Shown in pieces: positions 1 to 12,199 of a stretch of DNA of 64,000 nucleotides. The position numbers and the translations under genes were made by a program. This DNA is from Glaucostegus cemiculus (lineage: Eukaryota), in the NCBI GenBank assembly GCA_976551045.1, contig CDPCPM010000057.1, positions 1,364,001-1,428,000 on the forward strand, written 5' to 3'. Under the pieces are notes generated by a model. That model was not told where the DNA came from. It ran no database searches and saw only the letters and a program-made list of their open reading frames with translations. The stretch's first letter is position 1; each line of letters begins with the position of its first letter.

Positions 1-830
1 TACAAATCAGGCTCCTGTACCTCCTCCCTGATGGTAGTAATGTGAAGAGGGCATGTCCTGGGTGGTGAGGGTCCTTAATTATGGATGCCGCCTTCTTGAG
101 TCAGCGCCTTTTAAAAATGTCTTCAATGGCCGGGAGGTTTGTGCCCATGGTGGAGTTGGCTAAGTCTACAACCCTCTACAGCCTCTTTCAATCCTGTGCT
201 TTGGAGCCTCCGTACCAGGTGGTGATGCAACCAGTCAGAATGCTGTCCACCATACATCTGTAGAAATTTGCAAGAGTCCTTGGTGACATGCCAAATCTCC
301 TCAAACTCCTAATGAAGCAGAGATACTAGCAATGCCTTTTTTGTGATTACGTCAATGTGTTGGGCTCAAGATAGATCCTCTGAGATGTTGACGCTCAGGA
401 GCTTGAAGCTGAACACCCTTTCCACCACTAACCCCTCCATGAATACTGGTGTGTGCTCTCCCAACCTTTCCTTCCTTAAGTCCGTAATCAATTCCTTGGT
501 CTTGCTGACATTGAGTGCGAGGTTGTTGTTGCAACACCACTGAACCAGCTGATGCATCTTACTCCTGTACACCTCCTCATTGCCGTTAGAGATTCTTCCA
601 ACAGTGGTGTCATCAGCAAATTTATGGATGGTGCTTGAGCTGTGCCTAACCACACAGTCATGAGTGTAGAGAGAGTAGAGCAGTGGGCTAAGCACGCATC
701 CTTGAGATGCGCCTGTGTTAATTGTAAGTGAGGAGGAGATGTTTCCACCAATCTGTACTGACTGTGGTCTCCCGATAAGGAAGTCAAGAATCCGGTTGCA
801 GAGGGAGGTACAGAGGCCCAGATTTTGAAA
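1..830 (-). mobile_element. Rex1/Babar-like LINE, RT C-terminal fragment (degraded)
   Basis: ORF 366..695 [13 protein letters not shown]...[13 protein letters not shown]...[12 protein letters not shown]; frameshifted. Confidence 0.85.
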
Positions 831-1000
831 AACTCAGCAGGTCAGGCAGCATTATGTAGAAAGAGAAGCAGATTTCAAATTTCACATCACCGCCATCAGA
901 TGTGAAACAATAAATCTGTTTCCCTTTCCACAGATGCTGCCTGATCTTCTGCATGATTCTTGCATTTTTTTTGTTTTTTGTTTCAGAATTTCATCATCTG
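830..1000. mobile_element. Short fold-back (Penelope pLTR-like) element
   Basis: actcagcaggtcaggcagcat...atgctgcctgatcttctg inverted arms, shared with other copies in the window. Confidence 0.6.
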
Positions 1001-3384
1001 TTTTATTGACTTTCATGTACTAACACTTGTTAGCTCCATTATCTACTTTTAGACAGGCCAATGTAATTATATTGGGTTTTTTTCGATTGAATAAATCTGA
1101 CATAAATCTGGTTGATTTGACTAACTTGTCTGAGTCTCTGTGTGTTAGGATAAAATTGTAAGATTTTCTATGAACTATGTCTTCTCCCGGATGATGCTTG
1201 ATAGAGCTCCCATCAGAAGTGATTTAGTGAACAGTTACTATGTTTAGGAATGCTGCATTATGATGATCAAAGCTAAAAATCTGCATCATAGATTGACAAA
1301 TTTTCTGTCAACATCCATTATGGAATGAGTCCAAATTTTATCATTTACTTCATAACTAATTACATATATCTTAAGTGACAGAATGAAAACATATGCAGCT
1401 GTGTCTAATGGTTAAGGTTATTATTTGTGGAATAAACAGGACAGAACATCTGGCACTCCTACACCACATCTGGCTGGTTTGTCTTGTTTTTGTGGGTACT
1501 TCAAATTTAGTTGTTAAAAGTATTCTCTGATCTTTTGCACTCCACGTCCAAGTTCTAGATATTTGTGCGATATCGATGTATTCTCTTTTGGTTTCCTTAT
1601 TTTAAACCCTTTCGATTAGATCATTTTAAATGTTAATCTGCATGTTCCTCTTTTCATGCATAATATCTCAAAGTGCACTGTTCTCAAGTTTCTGCTCCTG
1701 TAACTGACCACTAGGAGCCATGCAAGAGCAGTTCTTGGCAATGCCCCTCTATTTGCCTTCCATTCATGCCACAAGGACAGAAATCAGGAATTTACAAACT
1801 AGGGAATAGAAGACATGAAAATTTAAGTTCTTGCCTCCCTCCAGCATACTTGCTTTGCAGGAATCTATGATGTGGAGACTTTCTGCCAGTTTAAATTATG
1901 TTGAATAGTGTTGTTGCTAAACCTTCAGATGTAAAGCTGATTTTCTGCCACAGTTCACCACAGTGCCATTCATAGCAAACAATGGAACCCTTTGCAAGGA
2001 ATGAGTTACATATTGTGCACCAGTGACATTGTTCTTCATCACATGATACTATAAGAACTTAAGAAATAGGAGCAGAAGTGAGCCTATTGGCCCCTCAATC
2101 TTGCACTACCATACAAAAGATCATGATTGATCCTTTACCTCAACTATATGTTCCAGCATGGCTCATGTCCTTGGATTCTCTCAAAAGTCTTTGAATTTAG
2201 CTTTGAACAAGGACCTTGGGATCTTTTGTTATTTTGTAAGTATAATATAAATGCACATACCTACTATATTTGAATGTACTCAATGGCTCTGCATCCATAG
2301 TCACCAAGGATACAGAATACCAATGATTCACAATTTTCTAAATGAAGGTAGTTTTCCTCATCCTGAGTTGCTTGTCCTTTCTATTAATGACTTGAAATCT
2401 TAGGACACTGGAGAAATAGGCTGACCAGTTCTAGTTATGCCTTCATCCTTTGCAAGGACATTGAATCTCAAATTTGTGATATATGGGCTGAGATGAGGGA
2501 ACAAAATGTAACAGTTCATTATTGTCATCAGGGTAGACTTGAAACAGAAAATGGAATCTCAAATTGGAATTCACTGTCCCTGTGTTTTACCATCTGGGCA
2601 TTGGTTATTTCACAGTGTTTTCTCTTTTAATGGGTGTATATTTGCACTATTTGGGTTCCATGAATCAGATCACAGAATGATGGCTCTGAATCCAAGATGA
2701 AATGGCAGGGTGGCTCACCTGGCTCTCTGAAATCAAAACAGCAGACTCTAGTACAGCATACAATGTAAGGGCTGCCCCAAGATTGGAATTGTTGGTGGTA
2801 TGTCACATGATATGTGGATGCCTGGATCTGAAGTTCATATGAACACCTTGAATACTCCCTGCTCTTTATCTTTTTGGAGGTGAAGTGGATACAGTACAAC
2901 TGGTGCCATATTACATTAAATCCCATCTCCCTTTCCTATTTAGAAAAAAAACATGTTGTCTTACTCTCCTTGAATCATTGATGACCACAAGATATTCATT
3001 GATCAAGCTATAATTTATGAAGGATGGAATTTGGTTGTTCTCCTTATTAGCAAGGCAACTTTGTATTTGCTTGAACGTACAGGTCCCACTGATGGAACTG
3101 ATAATGCCCTAGTTATGTTTTCTTTCTGCTTCCACTTTGTCCTCAGTGACTTCATTCAATGTTTTTACTATCGATCAGAAAAATCCTGCTTCATTCTTTG
3201 TTGTCAAGTGGTTCTGGCCTGATTCTTAAATTGAGAGGCATTCTGCCTAATTTGGTTCGAACAATATTCCTTTTAGTTGCCTTAGTATAGTTTTATTATG
3301 TATCCAGATACTTTCAACACAAATCTGGTTTCAAACAGCAGACCCTGCCACTGCTCCTATCTCAATCCGTTCTTCTAATCCTCT

Positions 3385-3970
3385 GAATGAAAAACACGAT
3401 GATGCTGGAGGAACTCAGCAGACCATGCAGTATCCATGGAGAAAAGCAGGCAGTCAACATTTCAGGTCAGGACCCTTCTTCAGGACTGAAGGTAAGAAAA
3501 GGCGAAGCCCAATATAAAGAAGGGAAAAGCAGAGCAGTGATAGGTGGACAAAAGAGGGGAGACAGGGTGGGCACAAGGTGGTGACAGGTAGATGCAGGTA
3601 AGAGATAGTGATAGGCAGGTGGGGGGGGGGAGGAGGGGAGCACAGATCCACAGGATGAGTCAAAGGTAAGGAGAGAAAGGAAAAGAAAGGTGTTAGATAA
3701 AAGAGGGATAGATTAGGAAAGGGAAGAATCATGGTAGGGGTGGGGTTATGGGGAAGGCGGGTGGGGTTACTTAAAGTGGGAGAATTCAGTGTTCATGCTT
3801 TTATGCTGAAAGATTCCAAGATAGAAAATGAGGTGCTAAAGATGCTAACGAGATCCTGAAGAAGGGTCCTGACCATCAGCTTTCCTCCACAGGTGCTGCC
3901 TGGCCTGCTGAGTTCCTCCAAAATCATAGTGTTTTTCATCTAGATTCCAGTATCTGCCATCCTTCATTTC
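3385..3970 (-). mobile_element. Penelope-like element remnant with inverted terminal arms and 14-bp TSD
   Basis: Inverted arms at about 3387-3486 and 3853-3939. Internal 3770-3837 resembles a PLE ORF C-terminus on the minus strand. Perfect direct repeat tcttctaatcctct at 3371-3384 and 3971-3984. Confidence 0.75.
3451..3488 (-). ncRNA. Minimal type I hammerhead ribozyme motif
   Basis: Minus strand CAGTC-CTGAAGA-AGG gtcctga CCT-GAAA-TG-TT-GACTG: stem I CAGTC/GACTG, core CUGANGA, stem II AGG/CCT, GAAA, GUU cleavage triplet. Activity untested. Confidence 0.65.
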
Positions 3971-4399
3971 TCTTCTAATCCTCTTCTTGAGTGAAGTCTA
4001 TTGTCAAGTCCGTCAAGTACGGTGAGATACAGGTACAATGAAAAACCTGCTTGCAACAGTATCACAGGCATATAGATTCAGAGAACACACATAACATAAA
4101 TTATATATAAATTATACAAGACAGTGAAGAAAAAGATTGTGCAAATCAAGACATTAGAGCAGAAACACAATTAGAAACATGAAACAAGAAAACCCAGAGC
4201 AAGAATTGAGAAGTGCGGAGGCAGGTAAGGCCTAACAGTCATTTTCATTCTGACAGGCGTTGGGAGCTGACCCCAATATGAGGACTGCAAAGTGATGAGG
4301 CACATCAGCCAATAAAAAGAAAGTAAGGTATAGTAGAGTAGCTATTTTGGAGTGGTCATTGTGAGAGTGATGTTTGAGTGGTAAGTGCTGAGATTTTGG

Positions 4400-6995
4400 C
4401 TCATGGGGCTTCAGTGAGAAGAGGCTGAGCAGAGGTATAGGTAAGGAACAGTAAGGTCTCTTTAACTTTATTTTTCACATAGCACAGTTGAGGAGGCAGT
4501 TAGGCTAGTGATATTATCCTCCTGCAAGATGTGGGAAATCAGGGAGACTTTCAGTGTCCCTGGTGACTACACCTGTGGGAAGTGCACCCGGCTGTAGCTC
4601 CTGGCTGACCACATAAAGGAACTGGAGCTGGATGCACTCAGGATCATCTGAGGTGCTGAGAGCATCACAGATAAGAGTTTTAGAGAGGTGATCATACCTA
4701 AGGTACAGGCATCAGATAGCTGCGTGAGCACTAGGAAAGGCAAAGGGGGAAGGCAGACAGTGCAGGGTTCTCCTGTGGCCATTCTCCTCACTAACAGATA
4801 TACCTCTTTGGATACTGTTGGAGAGGGTGGCTATTCAGGGGTAGCAGCAGCAGTCAATTCTGCTTGCACTGTGACCAGCTCTAAGGCTCAGCAGGAAAGT
4901 GTGCATTCCAACAGAGTGATAGTGATAGGAGGCTGACTAGTTAGGGGGACAGATTGGTACAAATGTCAGGTACAAAAGGGATGAGGTCCTGCAGAGTGAG
5001 TATAAGGAGTTAGGAAAGAAGTTATAGAGCAGGACCTTAAGGGTAGTGATCTCTGGATTACTCTTTGTGCCATGTGCTAGTGAGCGTAGGAATAGAAAGA
5101 TAGGCCAGATGAATGTGTTGCTGAAGAGCTGATGCAGGGCACAGGGGTTCAGATTATTGGATCATAGGGATCTCTTCTGGGGTAGAGGTGACCTGTACAA
5201 GAGGGACAGGTTGTAACTGAACTGGAGGGGGGTGGGGCAGTATCCTGGCAGGGAAATCTCTAGTTCTACTTGGGAGGGTTTAAACTAGTTTGGCAGCAGA
5301 GTGGGACACTGAGCAGTAGAGCGGCCAATGAGAAGAATGGGGTAAATACTGCAGCCAATAAGAGCAAGTTTTGTTGTCAGGAGCATGATAAAGGGAGAGG
5401 AAAGACTACTGGTTTAAACTGCATTTATTTCAATGCAAGAGGCTTAATAGGTAAGGCAGATGAACGCAGGGCATGGATTGGCTCTGGGGACATTATTGCC
5501 TTAATGGAAGCATGGCTGAGGGAAGGGCAGGACTGATAGCTCAGTGTTCAAAGATACAAATGTACAGTTGTGACAGAGATGCGGGTAACATAGGAGGGGG
5601 AGTTGCCTTATTGATGAAGGACAACATAACAACAGTGCTTAGAGAAGATATCCCTGGGGGAATCATCCAGTGATGCCATATGGGTAGAATTTAGAAATAA
5701 GAATGGGATGGTCACTTTAATGGCACTGCATTACATCCCCACTAATGGTCAGCAGGAGCATATATGCAAGTTGAGAGTTTGGAGATAGCTGTAAGAATAA
5801 TAGGGTAGTTTTAGTGGGAGATTTTAACTTCCCTAATATTGACTGGGCCATCAATAGTGCAAGGGGCTTGGACAGGGTGGAATTTGTTAAGTGTGTCCAA
5901 GAAAGGTTCCTTAATCAATATTTTGAGGGCCCTACCAGAGAGGGTAGCAACTCTAGACCTCCTCTTAGGGAACAAGATAGGGCAAGTGTCAGTAGGGGAG
6001 CACTTTGGGTCATATGGCCATGATTTTATTAATTTTTAAATAGTTACGGAGAAAGAAAGGACTGGTCCTAACCTGGGACAGGGCCAATTTTGGAGGCATT
6101 TGGTGGGATCTTGCAGGTATCAATTGGGTGAGACTGTTTCCTGGTAAAGTGGTGACTGACAAATTGGAGGCTTTTAAAAGTGTGATATCAAGAGTCCAAG
6201 GGCAGCATGTTCCTGATAGGGTAAAAGGCAAGGCTGGCAAGTTTAAGGAACCCTGGTTGATGAGAGCTACTGAGGCTCTCGTCAGGAAAAAGAAGGAGGC
6301 ATACATTGAGCTTAGACAATCAGGAACAAGAGAATCCCTCAATGACTATGAAGAGTGCAGGATTACACTTGAAGGAAATTAGGAGGGCAAGAAGAGGGTA
6401 TGAGATGGACCTTGAGGCAGGGTTAAGGAAAATCCCAAGAGATTCTATAGGTATATTATGAGAAAAAGGGTGGCAAGGAAAGGATTAAGGCCCCTTAAAA
6501 ATCAGCATCGTTGTCTATATGTAGAGCCACAGGAGATGGATGAGATTTTTAATGAATATTTCTCATCAGTTTTTACACAGAAAATGATGGATGCTAAAGA
6601 AATGAGGGAAATGGGTGATTGGCAAATGGCTTTCAATTCAGTTAAGTGTTATGTGTTGCATTTTAGGACATTAGATGAGGTTAGCACTTATACAGTGAAT
6701 GGTCAGGCCCTAGGGAGTGTTGTGGAACAGAGGGACTGAGGAGTACAAGTACATAGTTTGCTGAAAGCAGCATCACAGGTAGACGGTGTGATGAAGAAGG
6801 CATTTGACATGCTGGCCTTCATCAATCAGGGCATTGAGTACAGGAGATGGGACGTTATATTGCACAGAAAGTGGTTGCAGCAGGTACAATAAACGCATTC
6901 AAGACACTTGCTTAAGTATATGGATAGGAGGAGTTTAGAGTGATATGGACCAAATGTGGGCAAATGGGGCTAGTTTAGTGGGCACCTTTGGCAGA
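4400..6995 (+). mobile_element. CR1 LINE copy 1: ORF1 (Zn-finger plus esterase-like), APE endonuclease, internally deleted RT
   Basis: ORF1 SSCKMWEIRETFSVPGDYTCGKC and RVIVIG..LVRGTD. ORF2 CIYFNARGL and GDFNFPNIDW. Jumps to WQMAFNSVKC near 6615; 3' UTR near 6900-6995. Confidence 0.85.
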
Positions 6996-6999
6996 CTAG

Positions 7000-9900
7000 A
7001 TTGGGAGGGAGGTGGGACTCTGAGCAGGAGCAAGTCATGGGATAAAGCAGTAGCCAGGTTTAGTCATCAGGGTAGCCAGGGGCACAGTAAAGGCAGGGAA
7101 AGGAATACTCAGTTAAACTGCATTTATTTCAATGCACAAGGTTTAACAGGTAAGGTGGACAAACTCAGTGCGTGGATTGGCTCTGAGGACTGGGATGTTA
7201 TAGCCATAACTGAAACAAGGCTGAGGGAAGGGTAGGACTGGCAGTTCAATATTCCAGGATACAGATGCTACAGGTGTGACAGAGGTGCTGGTAAGCGAGG
7301 AGGGGGCATTGCCTTTTTGATAAGGGTGGATGTAACCGCAGTACTTAGAGATGACATTCTTGGGGGATCATCCAGTGACGCCATATGGGTAAAACTTAGA
7401 AACAAGTAGGGGACGGTCACTCTAGTGGGGCTATATTATAGATCCTCCAATAGTCAGTGGAAACTAGAGGAGCAGGTGTGTAGAGAAACTGTTCATAGTT
7501 GTAAGAATAATAGGGTTGTATTGGTAGGAGATTTTAATTTCCCCAGTACTGACTGGGCCGCCCAGAGTTTTAAGGGCCTGGATGGGGTGAAATTTGTGAA
7601 ATATGTCCAGGACAGTTTCCTGAGTCAATATATAGAGGGCCTACTCAGGAGGGCACAATACTGGACCTTCTCTGAAGGAATGAAGCAGGGCAGGTAACTG
7701 AAGTGGCAGGGAGCACCTTGGCTCTAGTGACCGTAATTCTATTAGTTTTAAGGTAGTGATGGAAAAGAATAGGACAGGTCTACAGGTTAGGGTCTTAAAC
7801 TGGGGCAGGGCTAATTCTAGGGGAACTAGGCATGATCTAGCAGAGCGCGATTGGGTGAGCCTGTTTGAAGGGAAAGGAACAAATGGCAAGTGGGAGGTTT
7901 TCAAGAGCCATCAGAACTGCGAACTCTCTCATTCCTCCATCTTCCTTGTTAACACTAAGAGATGCTAGGTGCACAGAAATGCACCAGTACTTTAAATGCC
8001 CGCCACCAGCCTGTTCACTTTAATAACAATTTATTTAATTACTGGCCGTATTTAATTTAACCTGCCGTATTTAATTTAATTTAAACTTCCGTAGTTTTTA
8101 ATGTTTTTCTTGTTCAGTGTGTCTGTGTGTCTCTGCTGTTTGCTATTTAATGGGACGAGCACCTGAGGAGGACGGTATCTCGCTCCTATGCATACTATGT
8201 ATGTATATGATTGTGACAATAAAACTGATCCTGATTCTGATTCTGAAGAGTGTGATATCAAGAGTCCAGAAGCAGCACGTTCCTGTTAGAGTGAAGGGGA
8301 AACTTGGTAAGTTTAGGGAACCTTGGCTGACGAGAGATATTGAGGCTCTGGTCAAGAAAAAGAAGGAACCCTACATTGGGTTTAGGAGGTCAGAGATGTG
8401 TGAATCCCTTGATGACTATAAAAAGATTAAGAATACCCTTAAAGGGGAAATCAAGAGGGCAAAGAGAGGGTATGAGATGGATCTGGCAGGTAGGGTTAAG
8501 GAAAATCCAAAGAGGTTCTATACTATATTAAGAGTAAAAGGGTGACTGGGGAGAAAGTAGGTCCCCTTAGAGATCAGCAAGGCCACCTATATTTCGAGCC
8601 ATAGGTGATGTGTGAGATTTTTAATGCATATTTCTGCTCGGTGTTTATTGAGGAGAAAATCATGATTGCTCAAGAGATAAGGGAAATACGTGGGGATGTT
8701 TTAAAGGATGTTCATATTACCAGCGAGGAGGTTTTTGCAGCCTTACAGTGCAGTAAGGTGGATACATCCCCAGGGCCTGACTGAGTGCATCCTCAGACTT
8801 TGTGGGAGGCTAGAGGAGAAATTGTGGAGGCCCTTGTGGAGATGCTCGCTTCCTCTTTAGCCACTGATGGAGTTCCCAAAGACTGGATGCTGGTTAATGT
8901 TGCTCCGTTGTTTAAGAAGGGTAGCAAGGACAAGCCAGGGAACTACAGGTTGATCAGCCTGACGTCAGCAATGGGGAAGTTACTGGAGGGAATACTGAGG
9001 GACAGGATCTACCTGCATTTGAATGGACAGAGTCTGATTAGGAGGAGTCAGCATGGCTTTGTGCATGGGAAGTCATGTTTGACAAACCTTTTAGAGTTTT
9101 TTGAAGAGGTAAGCAAAAAGGTACATGAGGGTAGGGTAGTGGATGTTGTAATTTGGACTTTGGCAAGGCCTTTGACAGGGTCCCACATGGTAGGCTGGTC
9201 TGGAAGGTTAGGCCCCTTGGAATCCAGGGAGAGCTAGTTAGGTGGATTCAAACTTGACTTGGAGGAAGGAAACAGAGGGTGGTTGTTTAAGGTTGTTTCT
9301 CAGAATGGAGGATGGTGACTAGTGTTGTGCCGCAGGGATCAGTGTTGGGACCCTTATTATTCATTATTTATATAAATGATTCGGATGCGAATGCACAAGG
9401 TTTGATGAGTAAATTTGCAGGTGATATGAAATTAGGAGGTGTCGTTGATAGTGAAGAATATCGTAGATTATTGTAGATTACAGGGGAATCTTGATCAGTT
9501 AGGGAAGTGGGCCGAGGAGTGGCAAATGGATTTCAATACAGGTAAGTGTGAGGTGATGCATTTTGGAAAGTCAAACCAGCGTAGGACTTATACTATGAAT
9601 GGTAGGGCACGAGGGAGTGTAATGGAACAGAGGGACCGAGGAGTACAAGTGCATAGTTCATTGAAAGTGGTGTCACAGGTGGACAGGGTGGTGACAAAGG
9701 TATTAGCATGCTGGCTTTCATCGGTCAGGGCATTGAATATAGGAGTTGGGACATTATGTTGCAGTTGTATAAGTTGTTGTTGATACTGCACTTGGAGTAC
9801 TGTGTAGTTTTGATCACTGTGTTATAGGATAAATGAGGTTAAACTGGAAAGAGCGCAGAGAAGATTTACGAGTATGTTGCCAGGACTAGAGGGTCTGACT

Positions 9901-10320
9901 TATGAGTTGGCCAAGCTAGGTCTTTATTCCTTGGAGCGTAGGAGAATGAGGGGAAACCTTGTAGAAACATTTAAAATTATGAGAGGCATAGATAAGGTGG
10001 ATGGTAACAGTCTTTACTCAGGGTAGCGGAGTCCAAAAGTAGGGGGCATAGATTTAGGGTGAGAGGGGAAAGATTTAAAAGGGACCCGAGGGGCAACTTT
10101 TTCATACAGAAGGTGGTGAGTAAATGGAACAAGTTGCCAGAGGAAGTGGTTGAGGCAGGTACAATCATTTAAGAAGCACTTAGAAATGTACGTGGAGGGG
10201 AAGGCCTTTGAGGGATATGGGCCAATGCAGGAAATAGGGACTAGCTGGGTGGATACCATGGTCTGCATGGACAAGTCGCGCTGAAGGGCCTGTTTCCATG
10301 CTGTATTACTCCATGACTCA
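7000..10320 (+). mobile_element. CR1 LINE copy 2: nearly complete degraded ORF2 (APE plus RT) and 3' tail
   Basis: [67 protein letters not shown]; 3' end gggcctgtttccatgctgtattactccatgact. Multiple stops and frameshifts. Confidence 0.9.
7908..8245 (+). mobile_element. Young Rex1-like LINE 3' fragment nested in CR1
   Basis: Closely similar to 22927-23285; (ATTCTG)n tail; AAGAG duplicated at 7903-7907 and 8246-8250; the CR1 sequence resumes afterwards. Confidence 0.85.
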
Positions 10321-10374
10321 ACATCATAGATGGACAACTTACAGCTAAAATTCCCACTTCTAATACATGCAGAA

Positions 10375-10720
10375 AAATTGAATTACCTGAATTTGCAGAA
10401 TTCAATATTAAAAGTCCATAAGATAAAACATGCCCAGATGGAAGATGATGTGCTGTTCCTCAAACACATTGGCATACACTAAAACTGCATAAGAGGCCAC
10501 AGGCAGATGGGTCAGAGTGTGAGGTGGATGGATAGTTAAAAGGTCAGGCAATAGAAAGCTCTGAGTCACCCCTGCAGAAGTTCCTCAAAGCAGTCATCTA
10601 ATTAGTATTTGGTTTCTCTGATGTAAAGGACACATAAATGCAGTACACTTGATTGGAAGAAGTGCAAGTAAATCACTGCTTTGCTTGGAAGGACGGTTTG
10701 TCTTCCTTGTTAAAGAAAAC
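10375..10720 (-). mobile_element. Penelope-like ORF C-terminal (GIY-YIG region) fragment, degraded
   Basis: gaattcaatatt...atgcccagatggaagatgatgtgctgttcctc is the reverse complement of an EEQHxIFHLG-type motif; similar to 38020-38200 and 63750-64000. Confidence 0.55.
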
Positions 10721-11524
10721 ATGCCAACACCAATATCTACAATCAAAACTTTAATCTTTAGTTAAAATTTTTTTCCTAGGTTGGATATACAAACTTTAAA
10801 ATTTAACAAACCAAGTAAAACAAAACATTTTCTTTCATCCAGTTTAGAAAGCTTCATCCGTTTAATGGGTCAGGAACTCAGAGGATTGCTGAGGAACATT
10901 TCATGGTTGTGAGTCCACAAAACATTTGTGCCACTTAAATCACTTACAAACCAAATCATAAGACAGTAAACTCAAAATAAAAATGTACTCATATGGAACT
11001 GGACATTTCCTACAAAAATGGCAAGGCACACAAAGGCTCCAAATGTCAGCTTATCTCAGCAGTTCTTCGATTGAATTCTTTCTGCTGAATATCCTTGGCA
11101 AGTTTACCAAGTGTGCACCTGAAGTAGCTCTTACACTTTTCTGTAAAATCAGGTACATTTGCTAATACTGCCACTATTTTCCCCTGTTTGCCAGATTTTC
11201 TTTATGGAATGCCAGTGCCACTGTCTCCAGTTTCACTTTTAATTTACACACCAGTCTTTCCTCTGAGGATAAATGTTGAGCCAAACACTCTGCTCTCAGA
11301 AGTTCCATCAACCAACACACATCCCTTTCCCTTTTGAGGAGCTATCTCCTCCCTCAGGAGCTTCACAGCAAAACCCATAATTTGCTTGTGTTATCTGAAA
11401 AAACTGCTTTTCCAATGAATCCCACCAATGCTGCCACTAAGACTTTAGCTTCCTCCAAGGATCACAGGTTACCCAAAACGTCAAGGAATAGAAAGTGGAG
11501 CAAAAACTATATTCACTGGATATC

Positions 11525-12075
11525 TGCAAAAAAAAAGAATTTGCCAGTAACTCAGCAGGTCAGGCAGCACTTCTGGAGAGAGAAACAGCATCAAAGTTTC
11601 AAGATCAAGGATTCTTCATCAGAAATGGAAAAATGAGAGAAAGCAAGTTTTTCCTTACGTTTGTCAAGAGGGCGAGGGACAGAAAGATAAAAGGGAATGG
11701 CTGTGACAGGGCAGAGATGAAGGATACTCAGGCGGCTAAATTGCAGAGTACATCCATTTAATCTGTGGGAGTGACCCTGATCTTTCAGTTACCTATCACT
11801 TTATTTCTGTGTTCCACTTCTAGTCTCTCTGTCTTTGGATTCCTGCACCGATCTAACCAGTGCAATGTAATCTTGAGGAATTGTGCCTTAACTTCACATT
11901 TAGATACATAGTGGGATTCACAGCATGATATTGATTTAAAAAATTTCAGTTAAGCAGCCTTTCCTGTTGCTTTCAGACTGGCTATTTCTGATCAAAAGTC
12001 CTCCACCTGTAACATTAATTCAGTTTTTCTCTTCCCACATCTGCCTGGTTTGTTGGGTATTTCCAGCTTTCCCTT
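11525..12075. mobile_element. Penelope-like remnant with inverted arms and degenerate hammerhead (11589-11627)
   Basis: Arm ctcagcaggtcaggcagca; CTGATGA...GAAA on the minus strand; 11830-11950 resembles the PLE ORF end on the plus strand. Confidence 0.55.
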
Positions 12076-12199
12076 TGTTTCAGATGTCAGTGCTCACACA
12101 GCTCCAACACGTTCATTTGGTTCTGTTCTCTCTTTAACAGTTGGCATCAAATGTTATTGTTACCTAAACAACCTTGGTCTCACTCCAGATCCATAGGTT

